Assembly: GCA_964603995.1 (NCBI GenBank)
Contig: CAZRXH010000006.1
Coordinates: 1 to 61,404 of the forward strand
DNA from: an uncultured Bacteroidota bacterium
GTDB taxonomy: Bacteria; Bacteroidota; Ignavibacteria; Kryptoniales; JAKASW01
Direction of reading: 5' to 3'
DNA: 61,404 bases
Position numbers and translations under genes: made by a program. Positions 1 to 9,990 of the stretch are shown one piece after another (position 1 is the first letter of the stretch; each line of letters starts with the position of its first letter). Below the pieces are notes generated by a model. The model saw only the letters and a list, made by a program, of their open reading frames with translations, ran no database searches and was not told the DNA's origin.

Positions 1-72
1 GCGCTATCGTCTAGTGGCCTAGGACGTCGCCCTCTCAAGGCGAAAACACGGGTTCGACTCCCGTTAGCGCTA
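1..72 (+). tRNA. tRNA-Glu(CTC), first base probably just outside the window
   Basis: Acceptor GCGCTA/TAGCGC, D-arm CTAGTGGCCTAGGA, anticodon arm TCGCC-CT-CTC-AA-GGCGA, T-loop GGTTCGACTCC; CCA not encoded. Confidence 0.95.
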
Positions 73-275
73 CAACATTTCATAATTCCACGCGCCAAGA
101 TCTCCGCCGGGACAAATCTCAAGCATGGACTGATTCTCAATCCGTAAACTCAAAGGTGGACTTGAGCTTTGCGATTCGTCTTCTTGACTATTGGAGTTCT
201 GTTGGATGCACGGTGCGTAGAATGCTGCTCGGCGACATGCGGAGTGTGCGTTTGAGAGTCGGAGCTGAGTGACCT

Positions 276-854
276 TCAGTCGAGGTACTTCGCTACAGTC
301 GACTCGAAGAATTTCTTGTCTCTTACTCCGATCCACTTCTCGACTACCTGGCCGTCCTTGTTCACGAGGAATGATGTCGGTATCGCGTTAATGTTGCCGT
401 AAGCGCTCGCGATGTCGTCGTTGTCAATTACGATCTGATAAGAGAGTCCATTTTCTGAAGCGAAGTCTGATACGTCTTTCAGTAGCTGGTCGCCTCTGTC
501 TTCAGAGACGCCGATGACCACAAGCCCTTTCACCGCATACTGCTTGCTTATTGCCTCGATGTCGGGAAGTTCAGCCTTACATGGGCCGCACCAGGTAGCC
601 CAGAAGTTGATCAGCACTGTTTTTCCCTTGAGAGAGTTCAATGAGAGTGGCTTCCCCTCGCTGTCGTACCATGAGAAATTAGATGCGGTTTCTCCGCTTG
701 CAGGGCTAACACTAGACACCAGTGACACGTTATTCTTGTAGCTTGCCTTTGTGGAGACCTGGATTGAGGAGGCCTGATTGGACTGCTTTGAAGGCGTCTT
801 GCCGCAGGAGCTTAGGGTGGCGAGTGTCAGTAGAATCAACACATTCCTTTTCAT
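276..854 (-). CDS. TlpA/ResA-family thiol-disulfide oxidoreductase lipoprotein
   Basis: INFWATWCGPC CxxC motif, AIPTSFLVNKDG cis-Pro motif, lipobox LATLSSC. Start re-set to ATG 854, which overlaps the upstream stop (ATGA). Confidence 0.9.
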   Translation of the reverse strand: MKRNVLILLTLATLSSCGKTPSKQSNQASSIQVSTKASYKNNVSLVSSVSPASGETASNFSWYDSEGKPLSLNSLKGKTVLINFWATWCGPCKAELPDIEAISKQYAVKGLVVIGVSEDRGDQLLKDVSDFASENGLSYQIVIDNDDIASAYGNINAIPTSFLVNKDGQVVEKWIGVRDKKFFESTVAKYLD

Positions 855-1720
855 TGTACAATCCTGTCCGTTGTTTTGAGGTAGCCGATGAGGTCCTTCT
901 TCTCCAGGTTGGCGGTGACAACGCATACATGGTCGTCAGTGCGCCAGACTGCCTGCGTGTCGCCGTTCTGGTCCATACCCCAGTACCACTTGTCCTTCTG
1001 TATTGCATGGGTGCAACTTGACGGAAGCGAAATTCCGTTTGAGGTCATCGCCTTCTTAGGAAAGCTGTAGATGTATATGTATCCTTCCCCGATCTTGTAG
1101 ATAACGTGAGTTATCTTGCTGCCATCGGTGCTCGTGACACTTCCTCCAACCCAGTCTGCGCTCGGAACGGCTGGGAGGGGAATGGTGTACCCGGCATTTT
1201 GATCAAGATAGGCGGAGACATCCGCGGTCGTTATGGCCGTGATCTGCGGTCTGAATTTCCCGTTGAGTACATCCTGAAAGTTGTTCATAGCTACCAGGAG
1301 GACGTTCTGCTCAGATACTTGAACTGCCTCAGCTGAATCGCCGGATGAAATGGGCATTATGATGTTTGCCCTGTTTGCGAAGAAGAGCAAGACTGCTACG
1401 ACGATCATGGCACCCACCGCCATGATCGGCTGAAGGATGGCGCTGGCAAAAAGCATTGAAAGAAATCCCGGTTTTCGTCGGATTGCGCCTTCTGATGAGA
1501 TCTGAGCGAGTATTGCTCCTTCGAGGTCATAAGGGACATCGACAAATGTGATCTTTCTCTTGATATACGCTTTGGTGAGCTTCTCCAACTCGTACTCATC
1601 CCTGCAGCTGCCGCAGATTTCTATGTGCTCATAGAAATTTTTCGACTCATTTTCCTCTAACTCGTTATCGACAGCTCCGCTCATCAATTCGCGGGACTCC
1701 CTGCAATCCACTTCTACCAA
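851..1720 (-). CDS. Zinc-binding (ZAS/zf-HC2) transmembrane anti-sigma factor
   Basis: N-terminal HIEICGSC (HxxxCxxC), one TM helix, extracytoplasmic C-terminal domain; directly downstream of an ECF sigma. Confidence 0.85.
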   Translation of the reverse strand: MVEVDCRESRELMSGAVDNELEENESKNFYEHIEICGSCRDEYELEKLTKAYIKRKITFVDVPYDLEGAILAQISSEGAIRRKPGFLSMLFASAILQPIMAVGAMIVVAVLLFFANRANIIMPISSGDSAEAVQVSEQNVLLVAMNNFQDVLNGKFRPQITAITTADVSAYLDQNAGYTIPLPAVPSADWVGGSVTSTDGSKITHVIYKIGEGYIYIYSFPKKAMTSNGISLPSSCTHAIQKDKWYWGMDQNGDTQAVWRTDDHVCVVTANLEKKDLIGYLKTTDRIVQ

Positions 1721-1762
1721 CTCCTTCGGGCCAGAAGCACATTAGCCTTCGGCCGATTACAT

Positions 1763-2353
1763 TCAATCTTCGTCTGTCTCAGCGTCACTATCTTTGAAGC
1801 CTCGTCCCAGTGCATAGTCTCTCAGCATAGATCGCAGCATCTTCCTTCCGCGGTGCAAACGTGACCTCACTGTCCCGATCGGAATCTCGATGAAATCTGC
1901 AATCTCTTCATAGGTATAACCTTCTATATCGCACAGGATCACCACCGTTCTGAAATCTTCCGGAAGCTCCTGCAGCGCCTTGGCCACTTCATCCTCAAAC
2001 AGATTGCCGAAAATCTTTTCCTGCAAATCGTTCGTGTCAACCGCTGAATCCTTTACACTCGCGTAAAAATCCTTAATGTCGTCATAATCAATCTTGTCGG
2101 GTTCCTTCGATTCCTTCCGATAACGGTTGATGTATGAATTCTTCATTATCCGAAACAACCATGCTTTGGCATTCGTTCCTTGCGCGTACTTGTCGAAGAA
2201 GCGGTAGGCTTTCATGTACGTTTCCTGCACAAGGTCTTTCGCGTCATCCGGATCCCCAGTCATTCGCAGAGCGAAGTTGTACAGTGCGGCCATGTGAGGC
2301 AGCATCTCATTCTCGAAGTCTTTGTGCTTCGCGGGAGTCTGATCTCTTTTCAT
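1763..2353 (-). CDS. ECF RNA polymerase sigma-70 factor (SigH/SigR-like)
   Basis: DAKDLVQETYMKAYR and AWLFRIMKN (region 2); YEEIA...IPIGTVRSRLHRGR (region 4). Confidence 0.93.
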   Translation of the reverse strand: MKRDQTPAKHKDFENEMLPHMAALYNFALRMTGDPDDAKDLVQETYMKAYRFFDKYAQGTNAKAWLFRIMKNSYINRYRKESKEPDKIDYDDIKDFYASVKDSAVDTNDLQEKIFGNLFEDEVAKALQELPEDFRTVVILCDIEGYTYEEIADFIEIPIGTVRSRLHRGRKMLRSMLRDYALGRGFKDSDAETDED

Positions 2354-2605
2354 CGAAGGAAGAAAGCGGCTCTATTCATTTCAAAATACTTTTTTATTAT
2401 AACACTCGATTCAAACTAAGGCAAGGACGGGCGGAGGGCTTCCACAATGCCACTAAAGGGAAGTGCCGGTTGTATCTGATTTGGTCAGGCCTGCAACCCG
2501 GTCACTGGAGAATGGTCGTGCCTTCGTATGACCAATAGACAGATTCCTGGCTCATTTAGTTATATTGATAGCACTATTATTAAACAGTCTGAATCAGGAG
2601 TCGAA

Positions 2606-3550
2606 ATGCAGAGAAGGAAACTGGGAAAGAACGGGCCTGAACTTACGATCGTCGGCTTCGGTGCATGGGCAATCGGAGGGCCGTGGGAATTTGGCTGGGG
2701 TGCGGTGGATGACGATGCTTCAATCAAAGCGATCCGTAAGGCACTTGACCTGGGCATCAACTGGATAGACACGGCCGCCGTGTACGGGCTCGGCCATTCA
2801 GAGGAGGTCGTTGCGAAAGCGATTGCCGGAAAACGCGATGAAGTTTTCCTGGCAACGAAATGCGGAATGGTCTGGGATGATAGTCGAAGGGTCAAGATCC
2901 ACCTCGGACCCTCAAGCATCAGGAAGGAAATTGAAGACAGCCTGCGCAGGCTCAAGACTGACCATATCGACCTGTACCAGTTTCATTGGCCCGATCGGGA
3001 GACGCCCGTGGAGGAATCGTGGGAAGTAATGACTCAGCTGAAGAGGGAGGGCAAGGTCAGGAATATTGGCGTCTGTAATTTTGATGTGCCGCTCCTGAAG
3101 AGGTGTTCGTCGATCGAGCCACCCCAGTCGCTTCAGCCGCCTTACAGCCTGTTAAGGCAGGAAGTCGGATCGGAGATTCTTCCTTATTGTCTTGAGAACT
3201 CGATTGGCGTTGTTCCCTACAGCCCAATGATGTCCGGTCTTCTTACGGGGAAATTCGACATGAAGCACGTCGCAGCCGACGACTGGAGAAGGAGGGACCG
3301 TATGTTTCAGGAACCTCTCCTGTCGAAGGAGTTGGTATTTGTCGAGAGACTGCATCCTATTGCCGCAAAGTACGGGAAAACCGTGGGCCAACTTGCGGTT
3401 GCGTGGGTGAACATGAATCCCGCGGTAACATCGTCAATTGTGGGAGCGCGGACTGACCTGCAGGTCGCGGAAAATGTTGGAAGCGATTTCTCGCTGGATG
3501 CCGCCGATATGAAGGAAATCGAGAAGTCGTTGAGAGAAACCGTAGGTTGA
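2606..3550 (+). CDS. Aldo/keto reductase
   Basis: GFGAWAIGG, IDTAAVYGLGHSE, SLRRLKTDHIDLYQFHWPD; start re-set to the ATG following SD AGGAG. Confidence 0.92.
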   Translation: MQRRKLGKNGPELTIVGFGAWAIGGPWEFGWGAVDDDASIKAIRKALDLGINWIDTAAVYGLGHSEEVVAKAIAGKRDEVFLATKCGMVWDDSRRVKIHLGPSSIRKEIEDSLRRLKTDHIDLYQFHWPDRETPVEESWEVMTQLKREGKVRNIGVCNFDVPLLKRCSSIEPPQSLQPPYSLLRQEVGSEILPYCLENSIGVVPYSPMMSGLLTGKFDMKHVAADDWRRRDRMFQEPLLSKELVFVERLHPIAAKYGKTVGQLAVAWVNMNPAVTSSIVGARTDLQVAENVGSDFSLDAADMKEIEKSLRETVG

Positions 3551-3929
3551 TTGCCAGACACTCGGGAATCCAGATGGACTCCTTTGAATTTGGTGTCAAG
3601 GATAACGTCATCAATGGTAAGTATATGGGTACCTTGACCATCGATCATGTCCATGTCAGCAGTTTGGAGATTTTCCTGCGGCTGAAGCGATAATCAGTTC
3701 GCTGGAGAATTGAACGACCCGCTCTCGGGTGATTTACACGCGACGCTTTGACAAATTGGCGCTTTCCCGGCAGAGAATTTTCGATTTCTGTCTCCCGTAT
3801 TGTTATATCTGTCCAGGTTCACAAGCGATGAGATGGCGGTAGTCCATTTCCAGATTGGTTTTGGGCCTCTTCCGCCGGCACGGCTATTGAACTATGGGTG
3901 GATTGAAAACAAAAAAGGAGGAAAATAAA

Positions 3930-4400
3930 ATGGCTATTGCAAGATGGAAACCCGAACGTGAAGTCTCTTCCTGGTCTCCCTACAGAGATCTGCTTAACAT
4001 GCAGAGGGAGATCGGACGAGTTTTTGACAACCTGTTTTCCGATTACGACAGTGAGAGTAGTTTTGTCGCTCAGTGGGTTCCTCGCGTCGACGTAGTCGAG
4101 AACAAAGATGCTTTCATGATCAAGGCTGAATTGCCCGGCATCGACAAGAGCAATGTCAAGATCACGCTTCACGACAATATCCTGACAATAAGAGGCGATA
4201 AGAAGCAGGAGAACGAAGAGAAAGGCATCAACGTGCACCGCATCGAGCGTTCATTCGGAACTTTCGAAAGGGCCTTCTCGCTTCCGACGACAGTGAAGAG
4301 CGACAAGATCGACGCCTCCTTCAAAGACGGCGTCCTGACAATTACTTTGCCTAAGGTCGAAGAGGCAAAACCTAAAGAAATTGAAGTCAAGGTCTCTTAA
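3930..4400 (+). CDS. Small heat-shock protein Hsp20/alpha-crystallin
   Basis: PRVDVVE, AELPG, ERSFGTFERAFSLP, FKDGVLTITLPK, C-terminal IEV; SD AAGGAGG. Confidence 0.95.
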   Translation: MAIARWKPEREVSSWSPYRDLLNMQREIGRVFDNLFSDYDSESSFVAQWVPRVDVVENKDAFMIKAELPGIDKSNVKITLHDNILTIRGDKKQENEEKGINVHRIERSFGTFERAFSLPTTVKSDKIDASFKDGVLTITLPKVEEAKPKEIEVKVS

Positions 4401-4418
4401 TCGGAGATTCATCGGTGA

Positions 4419-4438
4419 GGCTCCCAATTGCGGGAGCC
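4419..4438 (+). terminator. GC-rich stem-loop after hsp20 (partial terminator or mRNA stabiliser)
   Basis: GGCTCCC-AATTGC-GGGAGCC; U-tract weak and displaced. Confidence 0.45.
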
Positions 4439-4466
4439 CCATCGTAGTTTTGCATAAGGAGAAATA

Positions 4467-4961
4467 ATGTTGCAGCAGATAGCGGTGGACAGAAGGAACA
4501 GCAGGCTCGCTTTTCTTGATCGGCTCTCAGTGGGCGCTATGCAAAGAAGAGAACACGAGAAGATCGTAGAGTATCTGAGTGATGACTATTCGGCATCTCT
4601 CAGGATAGCCGCGAATCTCTCTTCACATGCCAAATGGATTCCCTATCCATTTCTCTCAAACCGGCTGAAAGGGATTGCTGACGAGATGAGGACTCAGGCG
4701 GAGATGATCAGGGCAAAGCTCGTGGAACTGGGCGGACACGTCCCCCAGCTGGATATCGAAGGCCGCGAAGACGTCGACTTTCGGCAAAATGTCAGGCGAT
4801 TAGTCAAAGATATGGAGGAATACATGTCGAGGAGCGAAATACTTGTGCACCAGAAGAACAGCATCACAGATGCCGGTGTCCTCATATTGCTTGATGCTAT
4901 CGCGGCTGGAATGCAGAAAGAGAAAGAGGAAATGTTGAACATTGTGATGAGATTGTCTTAA
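4467..4961 (+). CDS. Hypothetical helical protein, probable ferritin-like four-helix bundle
   Basis: Helical pattern with IRAKLVELGG turn as in ferritin-like folds; SD AAGGAG; lies between hsp20 and lon. Confidence 0.55.
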   Translation: MLQQIAVDRRNSRLAFLDRLSVGAMQRREHEKIVEYLSDDYSASLRIAANLSSHAKWIPYPFLSNRLKGIADEMRTQAEMIRAKLVELGGHVPQLDIEGREDVDFRQNVRRLVKDMEEYMSRSEILVHQKNSITDAGVLILLDAIAAGMQKEKEEMLNIVMRLS

Positions 4962-4994
4962 ATAAGAAGTAGCCCATTGAGTGAGGAGAGTTTT

Positions 4995-7409
4995 ATGAGT
5001 GAGAATGAATTTGATAAGGACGAACAGATAGTCATGGAAGATCCTGGAAAACTTTATAGCCAGGAGATACTTCCGATCATGCCGCTGAGGAATTCAGTGT
5101 TTTATCCGCGACAGATGATGCCGCTTTCAGTTGGCAGGAAGAGCACAATACAACTTGTCGACGAAGCATTTCGGGATGATGTTCCACTGCTCATCGTTGC
5201 CCAGAAGGACGCGAACATCGAACGCCCGACCTCCGAAGATATATACAAGACGGGGACCGTCGCGCGGATATTGAAGGTATACAATCTCCCTGACGGCTCG
5301 AAGAGTGTTTTTGTGCAAGGACTGTACAGAGCCCGGATATTCAACCTTGTCCAGCAGGATCCGTATCTGAAGGGTTTCGTTCAGAGGATCGAAGAAAAGA
5401 AGGTCGAGGGCATCGAGGTGGAGGCCCTGACCGCGACGATCAAGAACGGTTTTCGCAAGGCTGTCGAGCTTGCGCCGGACCTTACACCGGAACATCTCGG
5501 ACTGATCCTGAACACAGAGGATCCCGGTCATGTCGCTGACATGGCGATGTGGCTCATAAATATCCCGGTCAATGAAAAGCAGGAAGTTCTAGAAGAGCTT
5601 GATGTCCAGGAGAGACTGAAGAAATCGAATCTCTACCTTAGCAAGCTCGTTCAGCGACTCGAGCTCGGCAACAAGATACAGACTGAAGTGCAGGATGAAA
5701 TCAACAAGAGCCAGCGTGACTATTTCCTTCGCGAGCAGATGAAAGCTATCAAGCACGAGTTGGGCGAGGACGACGAAAACGTCGATATAAACGAGCTGCG
5801 GAAGAGGATCGAAGGGGGCAATTACCCCGAAGAGATGAAGAAGACCGCGTCGAAGGAACTCGACAGGCTGCAGAGAATGCATCCATCGAGCGCGGAATAC
5901 ACGGTCGCCCGCACGTACCTCGACTGGCTGCTCGATCTGCCGTGGAACACCTCCACTGAGGACAACCTGGACATAAAGGACGCGGAGAAGTCTCTCGGAA
6001 AGGATCACTACGGTCTGGAAAAAGTGAAGAAGAGAATTCTGGAGTATCTTGCCGTCCGCAAACTCAAGGCAGATATGCGCGGTCCGATACTCTGTTTTGT
6101 CGGTCCCCCCGGAGTCGGTAAAACGAGTCTCGGAAAGTCCATAGCGAAGGCTCTCGGAAGGAAATTCGTGCGGATATCGCTCGGCGGTGTGCACGACGAG
6201 GCGGAGATACGAGGGCACAGGCGAACATACATAGGTGCGCTGCCGGGAAGGATAATTCAGGGAATAAAGAAGGCTGGCTCGAACAATCCGGTGTTTATGC
6301 TGGATGAAGTGGACAAGATCGGGATGGATTTCCGCGGAGATCCGTCGAGCGCACTTCTGGAGGTACTCGATCCCGAACAGAATTTCTCTTTCAGCGATCA
6401 CTATCTTGAAATTCCCTTCGATCTCTCCAAGGTGATGTTTATCGCGACGGCTAACATGATGGAGCCGATTCCCCCGGCACTCAGAGATAGGATGGAAGTA
6501 ATCGAAATACCGAGCTACGTTGAAGACGAAAAGCTTCATATCGCGCGAAACTTCCTTGTCCCCAAGCAGGAAGCGGAGCATGGATTGAAAGAGAAGCAGA
6601 TCGAGTTCACGGACGAGGCCATCCATTTCCTGATCTCCGGATACACAAAGGAGGCAGGTGTGAGAAACCTCGAGAGGAAAATTGCAGATGTCTGTCGCGG
6701 CGTCGCTATGGAGGTGGCAGCCGGATCGAAGAAGAAGTTTGCAATCGACCGTGAAGCAGTCGTGAAGTATCTCGGAAATCAGAAGTTTTACCTGGAGGTC
6801 TCGGAGAGAATAAACAAACCCGGCATCGCAACGGGACTGGCCTGGACACCTGTCGGTGGAGACATATTGTTCATCGAAGCGACGAAAATGAAAGGCAAAG
6901 GGAATCTGATACTTACCGGGCAGCTCGGCGATGTAATGAAAGAGTCCGCGCAGGCTGCTCTAAGCTTCATCGGGGCGAATGCGGAAGCCCTGGGTATTGA
7001 GCCGGATTTCCGGGAGAAGTACGACATACATGTCCATGTCCCGGCGGGTGCTATACCGAAAGATGGTCCTTCTGCCGGAGTCACGATGCTGACCGCGCTT
7101 GTATCACTGCTAACCGGAAGGCTCGTAAGGAACGACCTCGCGATGACGGGAGAGATCACGCTGCGAGGAGCGGTCCTGCCGATCGGCGGAGTGAAAGAGA
7201 AAGTCATCGCTGCCGTGAGATCGGGCATAAAGACAGTGATTCTTCCGAAGAAGAACGAACTTGATCTCGACGAGGTTCCTTCGCATGTTCGTGATCAGCT
7301 GAAGTTTAAATTTGTGAGCGAAATGCCGGAAGTCCTCGGCTTTGCGCTTCGCCCCAACAAGAAGGATGATAAGCCACCCGTCCGCGCCGAAGCGCCGATA
7401 GCAAACTGA
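4995..7409 (+). CDS. lon: Lon protease (endopeptidase La), paralogue 1
   Basis: LON N-domain, Walker A GPPGVGKTS, LDEVDK, catalytic PKDGPSAG and IGGVKEK. Confidence 0.96.
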   Translation: MSENEFDKDEQIVMEDPGKLYSQEILPIMPLRNSVFYPRQMMPLSVGRKSTIQLVDEAFRDDVPLLIVAQKDANIERPTSEDIYKTGTVARILKVYNLPDGSKSVFVQGLYRARIFNLVQQDPYLKGFVQRIEEKKVEGIEVEALTATIKNGFRKAVELAPDLTPEHLGLILNTEDPGHVADMAMWLINIPVNEKQEVLEELDVQERLKKSNLYLSKLVQRLELGNKIQTEVQDEINKSQRDYFLREQMKAIKHELGEDDENVDINELRKRIEGGNYPEEMKKTASKELDRLQRMHPSSAEYTVARTYLDWLLDLPWNTSTEDNLDIKDAEKSLGKDHYGLEKVKKRILEYLAVRKLKADMRGPILCFVGPPGVGKTSLGKSIAKALGRKFVRISLGGVHDEAEIRGHRRTYIGALPGRIIQGIKKAGSNNPVFMLDEVDKIGMDFRGDPSSALLEVLDPEQNFSFSDHYLEIPFDLSKVMFIATANMMEPIPPALRDRMEVIEIPSYVEDEKLHIARNFLVPKQEAEHGLKEKQIEFTDEAIHFLISGYTKEAGVRNLERKIADVCRGVAMEVAAGSKKKFAIDREAVVKYLGNQKFYLEVSERINKPGIATGLAWTPVGGDILFIEATKMKGKGNLILTGQLGDVMKESAQAALSFIGANAEALGIEPDFREKYDIHVHVPAGAIPKDGPSAGVTMLTALVSLLTGRLVRNDLAMTGEITLRGAVLPIGGVKEKVIAAVRSGIKTVILPKKNELDLDEVPSHVRDQLKFKFVSEMPEVLGFALRPNKKDDKPPVRAEAPIAN

Positions 7410-7435
7410 CGTTGACTTTCCTTGACTGCTGATTC

Positions 7436-7466
7436 GCCTCCCCTTCCTACGATCGGGAGGCTTTTT
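7436..7466 (+). terminator. Rho-independent terminator
   Basis: GCCTCCC...GGGAGGC followed by TTTTT. Confidence 0.75.
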
Positions 7467-7530
7467 GTTATTAGTCAGAATGATCGAGTCGCGAAGATCA
7501 CGGCAAACATTCGAGAGGAAGGTAGATGAG

Positions 7531-9573
7531 TCAGCGGCTGGTGGCCGAGTTGCTTTCTATTTCCTTGTTAACATACTGCAGCAGTTGAAGAGCCGGTCCG
7601 TATCCGGGCCTCGTCGCGAGAATGTCCAGAAGTCTTGATCTTGCTTGCTGGAATCTACCCGCCTGAGCGCACGCGAAGCTCAACGCCATCTCATTTCCGA
7701 CTTTCTCTGCGGTTGTCTGCTCGAATTCGTCCATTCTTTCATAATAAAGCAAGGCTCCGGGTGCATCGCCTCTCTGCATCATCAGGTCCCCCAATGTTCT
7801 GTAAGCCTGCAGCGTTGGATAAATCTCAAGTGACCGCAACAGGACCGTGCGCATGTCATCAAGTTGCTTATCCATGAGGTATTCGCGGGCAAGATTCATG
7901 TATAGCTGGAGGTCCATTGGAAACAGACTCAGCAAAGCCTGGTATTCTCTCTCGGCTTGCCCGAAGTCTCCCCGCTTCTCATAGTACCTGATTGCATCCT
8001 TGTGGGCTGACTCCCAATCCAGCAGACCGAGTCCTGCTTGTTGAGCTAAGTATTCAAGCGTATCTGAGGGGGAAACCGGAACAGCCACGGGGGACTGGTC
8101 CTTGAACGGCCATCCCGAAGTCAGGAACTTGATTGTCTGCCCGGCAATCATCTCATCAAAATCTGTCACATGCCTGTCTCTCCAGATCTCTTCGTCATCT
8201 ATCGTGTCCGCCGTCGACCATTCCTGGGTGCTTGCGAGAATACCATGCGAGCGCATTACATCCGAGTAGCACTTGGCAATGAGAAAGCTGCCGCGCGAGT
8301 TCGGATGCAGATGTTCTTCAATCAGGTTGTGGCCGATAAGTGAGTCAGGTGAATTAGCTTCGAAAAATCGTGCTACGTCCGCGACGTAGGTCCCATTTCT
8401 GTCGGCCATCGATCTGATGAGATCGTTGAATTTAGAGTCGGTCCTGAATCGCAGTTTGTCATAGTTCCTTGCCAGTATGTACTCCCGGAGCGCCTCGGAC
8501 TTTTCTCCTGTTGCGTCGAGACATTGAGCGAGTCGATAGTGCGCGTCCGCGTACATGGAATCTTCATCTGTTGCCTGCCGGAACATGACTGCCGCTGAGT
8601 CAAATAATCCTTTCTCCTGGGCCGCGACTCCATCCCTAAAGAATTTCAGGAAGGCCGACTTGTGTTCAGGTGACAATCCGGGAGAGTTGCCGGAAACGAA
8701 TGGCGGCTGATCACGCAGGTCGGATACCTGCGTTCCGAGAATCAACGGTATTTCTCTGGAGTGACACAGCTCTTTGAGAGACTCCAAGTTGTCCCTAAAA
8801 ACCGCATATGCCTCGTTGTACACCTCGCTGCCAAGCGGCACATCTTGTCCCTTCGCAAGAATCTCCATCAGCGTTCCGTGAGAAAGCTTATCGTTCCTTC
8901 TCGGAAAAAGTTTCTCGATGCTCTCTACCGTGCTGAGCAGAAGCTGGAAAGTCCTGAGATGGATCAGCTTCAGGTACGTCATGGTCATCAATCTTGACGA
9001 GCCGACAGTTCGATCAGATGCAACGCCCAGTGCACCATAGGACTCGTTATGCCCGTCGTAATCAATAATCAGATCAGGCTGGAAATCGACCACGTCTTTT
9101 GCGAAGTCGAGGACAGTTATGCTGTTCGTGGCGGTCATCCCGAGGTTTATGACTTCGATCCGCTTTTCGGGGAAGATGGCGTGGAGGCGCTCGGCAAGGA
9201 AAGCCGGGAACGCGCCGTTGTATGAATATGGAAAACCTACTGTAGTGGACCCACCAAGACAGAAAATCCTGAACACACCTGGAGGTTTCGGTGATTGGAA
9301 ATATTGCGGGGATGTGGACGGGGTGAATCTCATGGTTCCAAAATACCGGAACTTCACCTGGGGATTCATCTGGTAGTACATCTGGTGTCGAATCTCTACT
9401 CGTTTGAAAAGCGACACATCCTCACCGTAACCGAACCAGCGCAGCCCAAGCTCAAGCATGACAAGGAAAACAATCGGCATGGAGATCGTCAGCGCGAAGA
9501 AGACCCTTTGTTTGGCGGGTGTCAGGTCCGGCTCACCCTTCGGCAATTTGTCCGGCGCTTTGGCTCGATTCAT
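7531..9573 (-). CDS. Membrane-anchored SGNH/GDSL hydrolase-like protein with TPR repeats
   Basis: N-terminal TM helix, CLGGSTT, VINLG, YDGHNE, EHLHPN blocks; TPR-like helices (AHYRLAQCL). Confidence 0.8.
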   Translation of the reverse strand: MNRAKAPDKLPKGEPDLTPAKQRVFFALTISMPIVFLVMLELGLRWFGYGEDVSLFKRVEIRHQMYYQMNPQVKFRYFGTMRFTPSTSPQYFQSPKPPGVFRIFCLGGSTTVGFPYSYNGAFPAFLAERLHAIFPEKRIEVINLGMTATNSITVLDFAKDVVDFQPDLIIDYDGHNESYGALGVASDRTVGSSRLMTMTYLKLIHLRTFQLLLSTVESIEKLFPRRNDKLSHGTLMEILAKGQDVPLGSEVYNEAYAVFRDNLESLKELCHSREIPLILGTQVSDLRDQPPFVSGNSPGLSPEHKSAFLKFFRDGVAAQEKGLFDSAAVMFRQATDEDSMYADAHYRLAQCLDATGEKSEALREYILARNYDKLRFRTDSKFNDLIRSMADRNGTYVADVARFFEANSPDSLIGHNLIEEHLHPNSRGSFLIAKCYSDVMRSHGILASTQEWSTADTIDDEEIWRDRHVTDFDEMIAGQTIKFLTSGWPFKDQSPVAVPVSPSDTLEYLAQQAGLGLLDWESAHKDAIRYYEKRGDFGQAEREYQALLSLFPMDLQLYMNLAREYLMDKQLDDMRTVLLRSLEIYPTLQAYRTLGDLMMQRGDAPGALLYYERMDEFEQTTAEKVGNEMALSFACAQAGRFQQARSRLLDILATRPGYGPALQLLQYVNKEIESNSATSR

Positions 9574-9732
9574 CTGTTATCCTTGCTCGACATCGATGGT
9601 TGCAAGTTAGCAAGAGTCTCATGCATTAATCAAGAAAGCTGCTTCTCGGTCGCCGTTATAGTTTTCAGACTTGGAGGTCTTTTGGAATTCCTTCACTATT
9701 TGGATAAATTGTCGAATCACTCGGAGGTCGTT

Positions 9733-9981
9733 ATGCAGCTGCTCAAGCAGATTGGATACACGCTGTACAGATGGTGGATGGCTTTTGCCCGTTTTCTCGG
9801 TACGGTGAATGCTGTCGTCCTGCTGACTATCGTGTACATATTCGTGATAGGCCTGACGTCTCTCATCGCCAGATTTCTCCGCAAAGATCTGATGAGCCAC
9901 CATGTGAACGCTTCCGGATCATTCTGGCAAGTGAAGGAGCCGATTGCTCACACCGTCGACCAGGCACGTCACCAGTTCTAG
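9733..9981 (+). CDS. SxtJ-family small membrane protein
   Basis: WMAFARFLGTVN..LLTIVYIFVI..RKDLM..W...HQF pattern; SD GGAGG. The 9295 start in the ORF track is over-extended. Confidence 0.75.
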   Translation: MQLLKQIGYTLYRWWMAFARFLGTVNAVVLLTIVYIFVIGLTSLIARFLRKDLMSHHVNASGSFWQVKEPIAHTVDQARHQF

Positions 9982-9990
9982 CGTCTGGAA

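Noticed and set aside
70-336. 88-aa ORF next to tRNA-Glu, or an integration scar
   Set aside because: It overlaps the tRNA end and tlpA, has no motifs, and I saw no tRNA-Glu 3' duplicate in the window.
3574-3693. Short 39-codon ORF after the aldo/keto reductase
   Set aside because: No clear RBS or recognisable family, so it cannot be supported.
5589-6626. Long antisense ORFs (also 12337-13266, 16436-17563, 50666-51505)
   Set aside because: Shadows of well-supported genes on the opposite strand, with no recognisable motifs.
9295-9732. N-terminal extension of the 228-aa ORF
   Set aside because: It overlaps the opposite-strand SGNH gene; only the last 82 codons after a GGAGG SD look real.
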